Shown here in pieces: positions 12,201 through 25,469 of a stretch of DNA of 64,000 nt. The notes under the pieces were generated by a model. That model did not search any database. It was not told where the DNA came from and saw only the letters and a program-made list of their open reading frames with translations. Position 1 is the stretch's first letter; every line of letters begins with the position of its first letter. Source of the stretch: Macrostomum lignano (taxonomy: Eukaryota); the NCBI GenBank assembly GCA_002269645.1, contig NIVC01003360.1, positions 38,431-102,430 of the forward strand. Reading direction: 5' to 3'. The position numbers and the translations under genes were made by a program.

Positions 12201-13517
12201 GCACAATAGCTGCGGCTGAGCTGCTGGTTGCACAACGCTTTAAGAAGTCCCAGACATCCCCGATGGGGTTTGACTTTGATGGCCTGTTTAAATCGCAGCC
12301 TGAGTTAGCGAGGGTTAGCTAGCTGATGCTGAGGATGTACCTCTATAAATCTCACAGAATATAGAAATCTATATACTGCTTCTGTGTACAATCTCTGCTC
12401 CATAGGACGAAGCATCGAATTGGAATCAATGACGAACCAAAAGGTTCATGACTAAATTTGTTAAAGCGTGTAATATTTTTGAATAGAAAGAAATTGGTAG
12501 CACTGCAGCAGAAACAGTATATAAGGCTGTTTTATGTGTATGTGGAAATTTATTTGCTAGCTAATAAAAATTTGACGTGAAGCAATAAAGAACGCTATGA
12601 TGTGCACGTACAGTAACTGAGCAACCATCAGAATGTTACTAATAAAACATTAATTACTTGGACTACTTAAACTGGATGTACACCTAGCAACAGGTTAAAG
12701 TTTTTTTCAGAACTCAGCCCCAACTAACACAATTCAAAACTACACCACAAGGCCCTGTCTGGCTTAGGTTGATGAGGTCTGAGGAGAGGGTTTGGAGGTA
12801 GAGTGTGATTAATGCTGTCACTGGTTTTGGCCCTTTGGGTGAAATTTCAACATGTTGCTTAGTGCACGTATACTCGCTTGTGACTCAAATAATAACTATA
12901 TATGTATTACATCTCGCATGTATATTATAGTAGTGAAGTGAAAAGCAAAATAGTAACGAGTAAAATTTGCCTCGAGTGAAATGCAGCCATGCCTCATCAA
13001 TACAAATATGTTATAACACCTAATTGACGATTAAAATTTGCAAAATATCGAAGGTTTTTTCTTACGACAAACGCCGATCCTCAATTTGCATGTACCGTAA
13101 CTAATTTGTTTATTAACAGAAGTCTCCATTCCGAAACCAGTGATCGACAAGTGACAAGCTTTATTCCACCCAACTCCAGCCATAGCGCCCTTCACTCTCT
13201 CCTCATCAGGCCTAAGCTTGCTTGGAGGGCCTTTTTGAGGCAAATTACATCACCCGCATTTGACACGAGGGGCTGAGATCTAAGAATACTTGATCCACTG
13301 GTTTCGGAGGTGATAACTTTAGCATGCCACAGAGTGTGCCTTTCATCTCGAAGTTTGTATAACTGAGCTAAATTACAGGCTATCACCTTGATTTTATTAG
13401 ATTCAATGTCAGAAATTTTGTTTGCATCGTCATTTCGACTTTTTTGAATTGTTTGTTTCGCAAATAGTCTAGTAACTAAGTGACTCCGAATGATTGTGCA
13501 GTCCAGCAGCCAATCAG

Positions 13518-14651
13518 TCACAGATAAGTAGACAGGGAAGCAGTGTTATTGTCAGACACTGGCAAAACGTCACTGCAAGAAGTACAACGCGGAGGATCAC
13601 TGCTGTTGATGGCACCCCTGCCAAATCCAGTTCTAATCGAATTGATTCTTTTGCAAGTGTTGCAGACTCGACCAACACAACCGGGTTTTGGTCGATAATC
13701 ACTCGATAGAGTCATGGTTTTCGACAGTGCCATACCAGAGCCGCGACCGAATGAAAATGTTTTGTTGGCACTAGCGGTAACACCGGTACTACTGGTAACA
13801 CCGGGATTATACTGGTGGTTGGAATCTGCTGTCAGTGTTGATTGACACCGACTAGGCGATTGAATAATTGATAGCTCGGCTGCCACCAAGTCAATTAGCA
13901 ACAATTGCAGCTCTTGCAGTCGATGCTGACTATCGTCGGGACGTTTTCGAAGATGAAACTCGCTGCCATCGTCCATGAGTGAGTAGCCCATTGCTTCAAG
14001 CAGTCTGCTGTAGCCGGGCAATTTGAACAGACTGTGCACAGCGAATCCGCTGTAGCAACTAATCGAATTCAACTGTGTCTTCCAAGGGAACAACAGTAAG
14101 TTTGCTAGCATGCGCTGAAGGCATTGTATTGTTGAAATGGCGCAATAGCGATCGTCAGTCAGGTTGCTATTTTTAATCTGGAGGTTTTTATGAGGAGGTT
14201 GGGGCTAGTATACATACTGTGGAAGTATGGGTCTGAATACATTTATGCACATCTGTGCTCTGATATAAACGAAATAAACATAGCTATCTTCTTGCCTACT
14301 TTCTGGCTGGGTGTTTGAATTTCGTGTTGGTTATTAAAGACTTATTAATTAATAGCCCAATATAATAAAGGCTGATTCTAAAGGTAAATTTAATGTATTT
14401 GTAAGCATTCAATGCTACCACTATAAAGTAACCTGTGTGAAAATTAAAAAAAGAAAACTTACATGTTGAACAGTTTTTGCTACATCAACATTGCACAAAA
14501 CTGGCAAGCCATCAAATTTATATATTAATATACAGTTAGTAGCTTCATTGTGAAATGAGCTAATACTGCAAGGCCAATATTGTTGCTGGTTCTTTTGCTG
14601 ATCATGTAGCCACTGAATTCGTTTTTGCTTTACATTAGAAGCTGAAGACAT
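13518..14651 (-). CDS. SPATA2: SPATA2/tamozhennic-like PUB-domain protein; exons 14651-14463 and 14177-13518; 282 aa
   Basis: Phase-0 GT-AG junction; motif ISTIQCLQRMLANLLLFPWKTQLNSISCYSGF...LLEAMGY resembles the SPATA2 PUB-like domain (NLxLxPWK.E/Q...I..Y.G); C-terminal CxxC...CxxC (CNTC, CTSC) zinc finger. Orthology not verified. Confidence 0.78.
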
Positions 14652-14836
14652 TGGCTCTGGAATTGATAGTTTACATATATATAATTAAAATGGAAAATCA
14701 AATTAAATAATTCTATTTGGCACTAGATTCAATATCAAACAAGCCAGCCTATGAAACAAGTAAGAAATTTGTAATAAAAATATTAAAAGGGAAATAGAAA
14801 ATTAAAATTTAGCATTAAAACAATGATGTATAAATT

Positions 14837-15008
14837 CATGCTTGGGCGCAACCTTGGGATTCACCCGGCCGTTTCTATTGGCAACACACACATGTAAGTC
14901 ACTATTGGACAGAATAGTAGTCACGTGACTGCTCTCAGCCAATAGCGACTTACATGTGTGTGTTGCCAATAGAAACGGCCGGGTGAATCCCAAGGTTGTG
15001 CATGTATG
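14837..15008. mobile_element. Palindromic (hairpin) MITE, hAT-type, copy 2
   Basis: Near-identical to 1858-2029; perfect 8-bp TSD TATAAATT (14829-14836 and 15009-15016). Confidence 0.85.
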
Positions 15009-16547
15009 TATAAATTTCTATATATTCTAGAATCTATCTAGGAGCTTAGTTCCTAGGCCTAACCTAAGACCTAAATCAATAGTGCAACAATAAAATCAAT
15101 AATGGGAAGGAAGGCAGATCTATAAAAGATAAATCTAATCATACATGCGCAATAGTCGGCCGAGTCAGCCGATCTGGCCAACTGATTTGGCGGCCAAACA
15201 AGGAAGTCGCAAAAACGCCCACCCAAAAAAATACCCAAGTAGTAGTACTAAATAGCTGATGAAGCATTTTGACTTAAAAGGACAGTCATAGTTACTCCTG
15301 CTGTTTACCCAAAGTAGCATTAATTTTGCTTTATGCTACTTATGCTAGGGTTTTTACATGTACTACTACTATGTCATTTTTTACTACGTTGCATTTTTGT
15401 TAAAACTAAGTCGCATGGCTGACTGAATTTTGGAGGTTGCGCAGGTATGAATCTAATATAAATAAAGATAGAGTTAATTTATGCCTATAAACCCTAGAGG
15501 CCTATTAGGCTATACTTTTTCATAAAAAAATACTTTTTTTGCTGGAATTTCATTTATATAAATGAATGAATAATGTTGAATATTTATTTAGCTAAAGTAA
15601 AAATGGATAAAAATGATAACTGATATAGACACATAGGCCTATACATAATTTTTTTTCTTTTTTAGCTTATTAAGCTAATACTTCTTTATTAAAAATAAGT
15701 GCTTTTAAAGGCTAATTGTTTTGTAAAACTACAATTTGGTTAAACAATAAATTCTCAAGAGATCTTTGATTATTTGACAAAATATCTTATAGAAGTAGTC
15801 TAGAACTTGACAATTTTTAAGTAAAGAGTACATTAATACCCAAGGTATATGAACTTTTCATTTGGCTTTAGTATTATGTCTAATATTATAGGATAGGCCT
15901 ATATATAGCCAAGCCAAGGCTATTTTGGCTATAGCTAAAGCAAGCCATTTTTTAATAAAATTCCATTTTGGCGAACTGGCTTATGCAAAAGCAAAACCTT
16001 TTTCTATTTAAATTTTTTTCATGGTCAAATAGACCATTTAAAAATATGAGATTAGTAAATAAGCTTCTTTATCAATATTCTCCTTGCAAAAAAATCAATT
16101 TAGTATCATCCATTGTAATAGGCAAATACACTATTATTAAATATTCTAGTAATAAGTCTTACTAAATTATTTTTAGGCCTATTAATACTCTCTAATCAGC
16201 AATGCGGTATGCGGAAATACCCATGTTGGTGTAATTTGAACTACAAACTAGGCCGATGAATTCAGAAATTGCAATGCAGTTTGTGCGCACTGGCCCGGAG
16301 TATAGTAAGTGCCAAATAAATCCAAACGGTTTGACTGGTGTTAAAGACTAACTGTAAATCGTGGCTTTATTCAAACGATTAAAATATGTTTAACTGTTGT
16401 TTGAGTTATGTTCAAAGCCACGATATTAAATGGCGCCGATTTAAATATCGTATAAATGAAAGCCCTGCAGCGCGCAATCATATGGGCAATGAGACACTCG
16501 AATAAATTAAATTTTGTGTACAGATACTTGTAGAGACGATATGCAAA

Positions 16548-16871
16548 ATGCAACTACTGAAAAAAGAGAAAAACAGAACTGTGCTTGATATAATCAGAGC
16601 CATGGTTGAGTTTGATCAAGGCAACGATACTACCGACCGTTTTTTACCACAACCGGGTCCAACAACAGCAACTGTGACTGATATTAGGCGAGATTCGAAT
16701 CCTCAATATGTTCGAACGTATTCAGTAGCTGATATTGCGATTGTTGCAGCTATTTTTATTGTTGTAGTTCTGTCGTTAGCTGTCGTATTCGTCCTGCGAC
16801 GACGCCAAAACTGCGGCTCAGGCTCAGTCTGCATCTGTACACAGCGAGAAGATTCCGATGTGCAACTTTAG
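16548..16871 (+). CDS. Possible last exon of a small single-pass membrane protein
   Basis: ORF has a T/P-rich stretch, a 23-aa hydrophobic helix (IAIVAAIFIVVVLSLAVVFVL) and a basic stop-transfer RRR; possible acceptor tgtacag near 16521. No family recognised. Confidence 0.35.
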   Translation: MQLLKKEKNRTVLDIIRAMVEFDQGNDTTDRFLPQPGPTTATVTDIRRDSNPQYVRTYSVADIAIVAAIFIVVVLSLAVVFVLRRRQNCGSGSVCICTQREDSDVQL

Positions 16872-19593
16872 TCGGAATATAGAACAGCTCTTCAGCTCTT
16901 CAGCTCTTCGGCATAAAGAACGGCTCAAGAACTGACTCTTGTCTTACTACATTTTCTCAGCTAAAAAGCAGTTGTGTACGAGCGTAAGTACGAGTACGCT
17001 CGTATATTCTGCTGATCAACACAAGAAATTTCGATCTACACATCTAGATCTACATCGATTGTTTTTAATAAATGTAATATTAATGAATCTAGACACTTAA
17101 TTAATATGCTTTTCTATATATTGTATTTATTTTCACAAAAAACTGCCTGGCAAATACCGGTAAATTTACTGCAAATACATTTTAGTTGTATTTGAGCTTC
17201 GGCCATAATTTATGCTGCTTTCTTTAATAGTTTGCACTTTTTATATAATTTCTACTTATTAAACAATTTTCCATTATAACATCTACGCGCACAACCTTAT
17301 ATCCGGCTCATATCCAGCTTTTGCTTTTCGATTTTTTATAAATAATTCTAGTATGTGCAGTGCAAGTATTATATATTTTGAATTATGCAATTCAAATGCA
17401 CGAGTTTATTACAATGTTATAGTTAATGGAGTTTTTTCATTTCAGTGGATAAACATACTAACTATAACTATTTCAGTTTAACGAATGCGGTTTAATATGA
17501 TGTGATTTATATGTAACACAGCTTTCAGGTCAGAGAGGTACTATAGCTGTATCAATATGCTCGACTGCCAACCGTTGCACGTGCGAATGTGATTTTACCT
17601 TAACCATTATGAATACTTAGATTGTTAGGATCGGATCGTGGACCATGCAAGAACGCAGCCTAGACCAGGGATTGTGTACCTACATTTATAACTTCTTCGT
17701 ACTAACTATATGCATGCAGCCTGGTGTCGGGACAACGCACTCCGCAGTCATATATCTCGGTCAAACTGTACTTCTGTACTGCCAATGCACGCACAAGTCT
17801 GGCTGCGTATTCGGGGTAAAAAATCACGAATTTTGCGAATCCCAGTATGGGATAAAAATTTTAAATCTTTCTAACAGGATATGCACCTGTTTTAATTCTG
17901 TACGTCATGCACTAGCGTTGCAAATTTGGTTCACGGGGGGATTGCTAAGATATCAAAGGCTCATGTGAGGGGGGGGGGCGTTACTCAGATGTTAAGGGTC
18001 AATTGAGAGTTTTTGGTACAGGCCCACGCATCAAAGGGAGAGTTAGGGTTGAGATGCTGCAGATTACTTATGCTAGAATATATCTGGCTTTTAGGGCTGT
18101 ATGCTGCTTTATTTTAGCTTTAAACATCATTTTCTTCAAGAAACTAACAATAGTAACTGTGCAGATCCAAGGACAACTGAAGTTACGTTATATATAGGAC
18201 GCGACACTCAGCTTTCGTGGAAATTTTTTTGGAGGCCCGTAAGCCGTATAAAGTTCTACGTACATAAGCCTAGGATTCTACCGCTACAAATAGAGCACAG
18301 TACTGTGTGTGTTGTAATAAACCATTCAGGTTTTCATTTCTTACTAAACTTGATAAGCTGACTTCACCTACTAAGTAAAATAATTATATCACGTTCCTTT
18401 AATGGCCAATGACAATATGCTTTTTTAATCCTTTTTTGCTGATAATCATGGTTTCTTTATATCCCAATTGTCAACAAGAGACCATGTTTACAACAAAGCA
18501 AAATTTTTATACTTATTATATTTATTACTTTTTATTTTGCACTTGCTAAATGAGATTATTAGTTTACAAACTAAAACCTCGTTTTCGCTTTTGACTGGGA
18601 ATTGTGACTGACTGACAAATTTCTAAAGAAAATTTGGCGTATTTTTAAATTGCACAAATTTGGTTGTTTTCACTGTACTTAACTGTACGCTGCTTATACA
18701 TGTAGTCTACTATTTTTTTACTTACATTTTAGCGAAGAACAAAATTCTGGACCTAACATCGAAAGAATTAGCTTTCTACCTGCAACTAGTCGAGAATTAC
18801 ATATATGTGAAGACCAGGCCTCCAATAAAACTTACACGATACGCGAGTGTTGCGTCCTACTACTTCAGTTGTCCTTGTGCAGATCAGGTCAAAACAGCGC
18901 GCGCTACTACATTTGTAGACAGGCCTTATTCAAAAAATGATTCCTTTCTCAGTTGCTTCACCGTTGGGAGTGGATTGCTGGTCAAGTTCTCAAAGTGGAT
19001 AAAAAGAACTGCCGGTCAGATGGGTTCCGAATCTCAAATACTGGGATTGAGAGACATCCCTGAACTGAGACTGAAGCGTGTTGGGGTTGTGTTCGGCCAA
19101 TGCTGGGGAGCAGTTGGGAATGAATTGCTCAAAAAGCAGCCCCCCCCACGCCACCGAGGCATGACAGGACAGTAGTGCAAGCAACTCAAACACACAGACA
19201 AATTTTATTATTCATTTGTAGCCAGGACTTTAAATGCAAAATTAATCCAGAACCGATCATGTGATCCATCAACAAGGGAGTTAATATTCTTCAGTGCAAC
19301 TTACTGTTTCAATTAAAGCTATGAAACTTCTGAAACTTTTCTCGGATTAAAGGCAAATGTTTTTTACAACTTGCATGCCTTATAGCGCATGTATCAGATA
19401 GACTGGATTTGTACACTCGAAAAGTACAGCTGCAAAGATTACTAGAAACAAATGGACTGGATGTAACTCGATTTGATTCTGGGAAAATATGCTGACTTTT
19501 GTACATGTACTCATGCAGAGGAAAAGTTCTCAATACGAAATCATGACGTTGCATTGTACACAGATACACATCGTACGCAATAAATAATTTTTG

Positions 19594-20160
19594 GGACCAA
19601 GGGGCGCCAGCACCAAGGGGCGCCAGTACCAAGGGGCGCCAGCACCAAGGGGCGCCAGCACCAAGGGGCGCCAGCACCAAGGGGCGCCAGCACCAAGGGG
19701 CGCCAGCACCAAGGGGCGCCAGCACCAAGGGGCGCCAGCACCAAGGGGCGCCAGCACCAAGGGGCGCCAGCACCAAGGGGCGCCAGCACCAAGGGGCGCC
19801 AGCACCAAGGGGCGCCAGCACCAAGGGGCGCCAGCACCAAGGGCGCCAGCACCAAGGGGCGCCAGCACCAAGGGGCGCCAGCACCAAGGGGCGCCAGCAC
19901 CAAGGGGCGCCAGCACCAAGGGGCGCCAGCACCAAGGGGCGCCAGCACCAAGGGGCGCCAGCACCAAGGGGCGCCAGCACCAAGGGGCGCCAGCACCAAG
20001 GGGCGCCAGCACCAAGGGGCGCCAGCACCAAGGGGCGCCAGCACCAAGGGGCGCCAGCACCAAGGGGCGCCAGCACCAAGTGGCGCCAGCACCAAGTGGC
20101 GCCAGCACCAAGTGGCGCCAGCACCAAGTGGCGCCAGCACCAAGGGGCGCCAGCAAGGGG
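19594..20160. repeat. 16-bp GC-rich minisatellite (CAAGGGGCGCCAGCAC)n, about 35 copies
   Basis: Highly homogeneous tandem repeat read directly. Confidence 0.97.
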
Positions 20161-20789
20161 CACCTTCGGCTACATATGTACCAGTATTCATGTAAAATAA
20201 TCCTTCAAATGCGGCTCTTATCTATATTAACTGCACGCATGGAGATAAAAATCTGAAATACCCCCAGACCGCGCAGCAAACTAAAATGCATATATAAAAA
20301 CCGCAGCAATTTATAGAGATGTACTTTTCCATTGCAAGACTTTACGGGAAATGTAATTTATGGGACGTGCACAGATGCAAGCTAGCTATAGTCTTCTGTA
20401 TCCACTGACTTTATTTGCCATTTTAAATGTTGATATGCTGTACGGCCCCATAGTACATGTAGGTTAGGATCTTATGCAGTCATTTTGTATCGACAACATA
20501 GTCGGGGATAAAAGCATAAAATCTGACAGCGTTTAGTTTGACAGGATGTTTTAATTGCTATTTTAATTTAGTAAATAAAGATCTTAGAGATTTAGAATTT
20601 TGTGATGTGAAAACGAGTGATCTTTGCTTATTGTTTACCGATAGTACCATATGAATAAGCTTATTGTTACTATATTCGACTAGAAGCATTGTTTAACGTT
20701 AAAGCGTTGTTTATTACTCTTACATTGTTGGCGCATCTGAAAGCTGTGTAGTGTGTACGGCTGTTCAGTCCAAGGACTGGGGGGGGGGG

Positions 20790-20975
20790 TTGCCACACAC
20801 CCTCAATTACCCCAGCTGGCACCCATTTTACAGCTTGCGTGAACTGAAGCAATAAAGAGTTATTAAGTGTTTTGCTCAAGGACAAAAATTGTTCCAGTAG
20901 GATCCGGAATCGAACCCCCGACCTTTAAGTTGTGAGTCCTACGTACGCTCTAACCAGTAGGCTAAAACGCCCTAC
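20790..20975 (-). mobile_element. tRNA-derived SINE, copy 2
   Basis: Reverse complement reads TAGCCTACTGG (A box)...GGTTCGATTCC (B box)...GGAACAATT...TGAGCAAA...TTCACGCAAGCTGTAAAATGGGTGCCAGC...GTAATTGAGG, colinear with copy 1. Confidence 0.75.
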
Positions 20976-21402
20976 TACAAATTATAAAGATATCAATTAC
21001 ACTTGTAGGGGGCTATAGCAATGAATCAGTGTGCGTGTGCAGTGCAGTGCACACACTACACTGTATTTTGATACATCAATAACGTTTAAACTACAGAAAA
21101 CAAACCGCATGCAGCCTAGCTAGCCCGGCCCCGTCGTGTGCTTGTCTCATGCCAAAATCAGCAAAGATTGCAACAGAATTTATTTCCCACAAAAAAGTTG
21201 TACCGAATAAGGAAGCATACGAACGCATGCTGTAGCCAATCTATGTAGTAAATGGAAATATTCAAACGACTAATATTACTTGAATTCTTGCTTGTCTCGA
21301 CCATAACAAGCAGCTATACCGGTATACTGTTGCAGTCGCGCAGTGAGATGCCGGTAGCCCTTAGGTAGGTGGACTTTATGCATGGTGAGGGGACAAAAGA
21401 GA

Positions 21403-21548
21403 CGCGGGCAGACACTCATTTGGGCACCGCAGACACTCTCATTTCGGCGCCGCGGGCAGACACTCATTTGGGCACCGCAGACACTCTCATTTCGGCGCCG
21501 CGGGCAGACACTCATTTGGGCACCGCAGACACTCTCATTTCGGCGCCG
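21403..21548. repeat. 48-bp unit x3 (two related 24-bp halves: CAGACACTC(TC)ATTT(G/C)GGC)
   Basis: Three exact copies read directly. Confidence 0.9.
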
Positions 21549-21599
21549 CAAGCGCTATATTTTGTGGCCCTGAAGCAAAATTATTGATTCCCACAATGC

Positions 21600-21697
21600 G
21601 TCACAAGGTGGGATGGGGGACAAAGCATTGGGATGCCCCCCCTCTAGCTTTTACAGGGGGACATGCCCCCCATTTCCCTTGAGTGGCGACGCCCCTG
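21600..21697 (-). mobile_element. One end of a hAT-type MITE related to 574-740
   Basis: Reverse complement begins CAGGGGCGTCGCCA...GGGGGGCATGTCCCCC, like the left end of the 574 element; partner end not found. Confidence 0.35.
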
Positions 21698-22940
21698 GAG
21701 CGAGCTATCAAAGGATTTTTGGGCCTGAAAACGGGAAAAGTTCGGGCCGAGGTAGGTGAGCTTGTACTGAGTAAAGACGGGGCATTCACAGATGAGATGA
21801 GGGTCATTGTCGCTAACCCCGATGTCCCTGGCGGTTGAGTTCAAGCAGAAGCCTGTGGAGGGACAGTCCCGCGGGGCTGCCACTAGCAGGTTAATTAGAT
21901 CTTGGTGAGAAATAAATCTATAATTATGCCACATATTTAGTTTTTTTAAAATAAAAATTCATCGCATGAGCTGTTGCTATAGCTACTAATAAGTAGCGAG
22001 TGAGGATTATGCAGGCAAATTTTTTGAGTAGAATTTTTTTCTTATAGTCAGATCGGCTTCCACTGCGCATTTACACGCGGTTATCTACACAGATTCTGTA
22101 TATTAATGGATTGGATGGTTCCTTTTTTCAAACTAATATTGTATACAATATACAATCATATATGATTGACAGCTACGTTAAGCTTTGTGTGTTTTGATGA
22201 GTACATCAGTCTTGAGTTCAGATCATCGATGATCTCTAGTTGCACTTAGAAAATACATTACATGTATATGATGAGATGCACTACTACTACTTAAAACCTC
22301 AATAGTAGTATCCAAGTTCAGCCAGTGATCAGCAACTCATTAAGTTTAAAAAATTTATACAGACTCAAGACTTTAATATATAGCATATTATTGCACATGC
22401 TGCAGTACTAATACTTATAATTGAAATATAGTAAATTTAAATACACGTTAAATACATCTCTTTTAAATTATCCGAGCATAACAACCCATTCATGCTCAGC
22501 TGCCTTAGATAATGACGCGCGCAAGACTAGGAAGGCACAAGCAGCATATACTGCAGCGCATGTCTCATAGTTGTCCCAATAAATAGTTCTCAGTAGCTGT
22601 GTTGCTATGCCATCAACCTCTTGAGTGTGGGTAATACAGGCACAGTTTTTAAAAAAAAACTTTTAATGATGCACTGTATGCAGGGTGCAGTTGAATAGAC
22701 AGACTGCATGCGGTTAATTGCTATAGCAAAACTATGTGCCAGACACATGCAAGTATAGGGACACAGGAACTGACAGTGGCGACTTCAAGGGGGATAGGAG
22801 GATAAATAATTGGGTAGAAACTGCCGCCAGCATATTGCCAACCCCAGTCTCGTTAGAGCCAGAAAAGCAGATTGCAAAATCCAAAACTGCCTGAGCAAAA
22901 CTTTCAAATTGGAAACTGGAAACTACTTGTAGCTATCAGG

Positions 22941-23752
22941 ATGAGCTCAAAACTGCTGAAATTCCTGCTCGTGCAAGCCTTCGCCATCGCTGACTCCGAG
23001 GCCGATACAAAGATTGAAGATTTTCGAATGGACTCAAGCGGGAGCAGCTCCTCGCCAGTGAGCTTTGCTTCCCACAAGACGAGCAGTAGGATTTACTGCT
23101 CTGGACTATGCTCAACAAAACCTGGCTGCTTTGGCATCTGCTGGGTCAACTCTGCTAAAGACTGTCGACTTTTCACGGTGTCCGCCTACTTTAACCGTGA
23201 CTCGTGGACAATGCTCACGACAGAGCGTTGCGATATTTACGCTTCTATAGTCAGTGAGTGAAGGAGAGTTCATGCAGATGAATCAGTTTTGAATCAGTAG
23301 TCGCCTCGCGGACAGCTCCTTAACCATGCTAATAAATTTTAGATTCAACAATTCAACAGCTTCCATTCACCGGATGCAGCCAAAGTGGAAATTCATCTGG
23401 AGGAGTTTGCAGCCGGGCTATCGATGGGGACAAGCGTCAAAATTATTTCAAGAGATCTTGCAGCCACACAGACCTTACAGTTCCGATTTGGTGGGAGGGC
23501 CAGCTGCCTCAGCAGTCCATGGTCGCATCCGTCACCATCTACAACAGGCAGGACTGCTGCGCAGATCGGCTGAACAACTTCCAGCTGCTGGTTGACGGAG
23601 TTGTGTGCTACGACATGAACATCGCCATCCCATTCTCGGTGACCAACCTCAGCTGCTGGCAACTTGGCAGTCAAGTTCGAATTCTGAATCGGCAGTTTGC
23701 AGCCCTTTGCATCTGTGAAATTGAAGCTTTTGGCTTCTTCTTTTCCGACTGA
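22941..23752 (+). CDS. Secreted PAN/Apple + F-type (fucose-binding) lectin; exons 22941-23253 and 23343-23752; 240 aa
   Basis: Signal-peptide-like N-terminus (MSSKLLKFLLVQAFAIA); PAN-like Cys pattern (CSGLC...CFGI...CRL...C); phase-1 GT-AG intron; second exon AIDG...SCSHT...WW...VTIYNRQDCCADRL...LCICEIEAFG with an exact HX26RXDX4R fucolectin motif. Confidence 0.88.
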
Positions 23753-25469
23753 TCGAAGCCCTAAGAGACCAAGTGATCAAATATTGGCACTCTTTAGCGT
23801 AGCGAACCTCTCTCTAACATTCCAGTGCAATGTGATGCTAAATGTTTGACAATGTAGAAATTGTGTAGGACAATATTATAAGTCCAGGGACGCACAGCTG
23901 AAGGAAGGGAGCAACTACATAACAATAAGTAAGCAAGCAATATTCACAAATATTTTTCTATAATAATCACTTCCTACTCTATCTCTTCTCTTTTACTCTA
24001 CTAATAAAATTGAGAACACGATATACATTTATGCTACTAAACTAAGTAGCTTAACTGGACTTTGTTCCTACAATCAACAGTTCAAAGCACCCAGGACTAA
24101 ACCACACGCTAACCTTAATAATCTTACAAAAGTACAAAAGTTTAGACCAACTGTATCTCGAGTTGGCGTGGCAGGTTTTACCATAGACAAATAGGTACCC
24201 TCTTTTTCGTTCCCACTGCTCACTGTTAGTTTGAAATTTAACAGCTACTTGCAAGACTGAATCGAATACACGTTGATTTTTGGAACGAAACTTTCTTTAA
24301 TTCAAAAAGTTGTCAAATAAAAAATGCAAACAAACAAACTATTGTGTAGCGTTCGTAGCCACACATATTTATTGAGCCGCTAATTCAACAAAAGCAATCA
24401 CAAACAAATCAAAGAGATGACAAAAAGGTTTGGAAAAATTAAGCAACAGAAAGTATACAATTGTCTACATGTGTGATGTGCATGATAATGAAAATTACTA
24501 TAAAAGCAATAGAAATAATAAAAGCATAAATATAGTCGCAAGAAAAAGCTAATTAAGCAACTACTGAAGAAAACAGCAAGCTGGAAGATAAAGAATGCTA
24601 AAAAATCAAATTGCACAATTAATTGATATTTAGGTTTAACAATAATAAAAAAATATAAAAACGTCAAATATTGCACAATGAAGTCACTGCGTGTTCAACT
24701 GCAAGTCGATAAAATGGCTGATAAAAACAAAAGTAATTGCTTAGTCTAAATTCAGTCTAAAATACAAATGACAAAAGTGCGTTTCAGAGTCAAGTCTCTC
24801 ATTTCCTATTCTACCTGTGTCACCTGCAACTATTTCGAAACGACTCAGAGACCGCACAAGTGACCCCAGAACACGTCTTTCATTTACGGTTTCCATCGGA
24901 TCAAGCATCACTGAAATGACAAACCTAAGAAAAGAAAGCTTTAAGAAATGATAAAAGCAGTCGCAAAAATGGCACAAAGAAGCGGTTAGCAGTTAATAGG
25001 AAAATAAGCGATAGCAACTTTTTAAAAAATGCGAATAAACAAGAGAGTAAACTTTCCTGAAAACAATAGCAACCAAACTAGATTAAAGCACCAACTTAAT
25101 TCAGCTGTATTGTTGACGCAAAATTTACAGGAAAAGCAGCTAATGAATATAAAATAATAAATAGATAAGCAAAATTATATAAATAAAAGCATAGGCTAAA
25201 TGAGAACAATATATAAATATTATTTTCGATCCAAAAGTTGGTAAAAATAGCAAAATAAAATCGACTGCAGCATACATGCAGTCAGCTGTTCAACCCAGTT
25301 GCGCTCTTGTTACTCGTGCACGCTCAGGTAAGCGCATGGACAAAAATATTTGTGCGGGAGTTAAGCAGAGCAATGACCTTGTTTAAGGCCATGGACATTG
25401 GAGGATCGTTTTCTTGAATGTTTCTTTAGGAACAAAGTTCACCATTTTTAAAGATCTGGGGGTCTGGTT

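Noticed and set aside
13192-13521. 109-aa ORF directly after the SPATA2-like stop
   Set aside because: No recognisable domain or splice link; the SPATA2-like protein already ends after its zinc finger, so this is probably 3' UTR.
17645-19193. ORFs of 60-171 aa in a moderately GC-rich patch
   Set aside because: No motif, splice pattern or family recognised in any frame; possibly decayed TE sequence, but unsupported.
19309-20256. Four overlapping ORFs (PLGAGAPWCWR etc.)
   Set aside because: 16-bp tandem repeat read in several frames.
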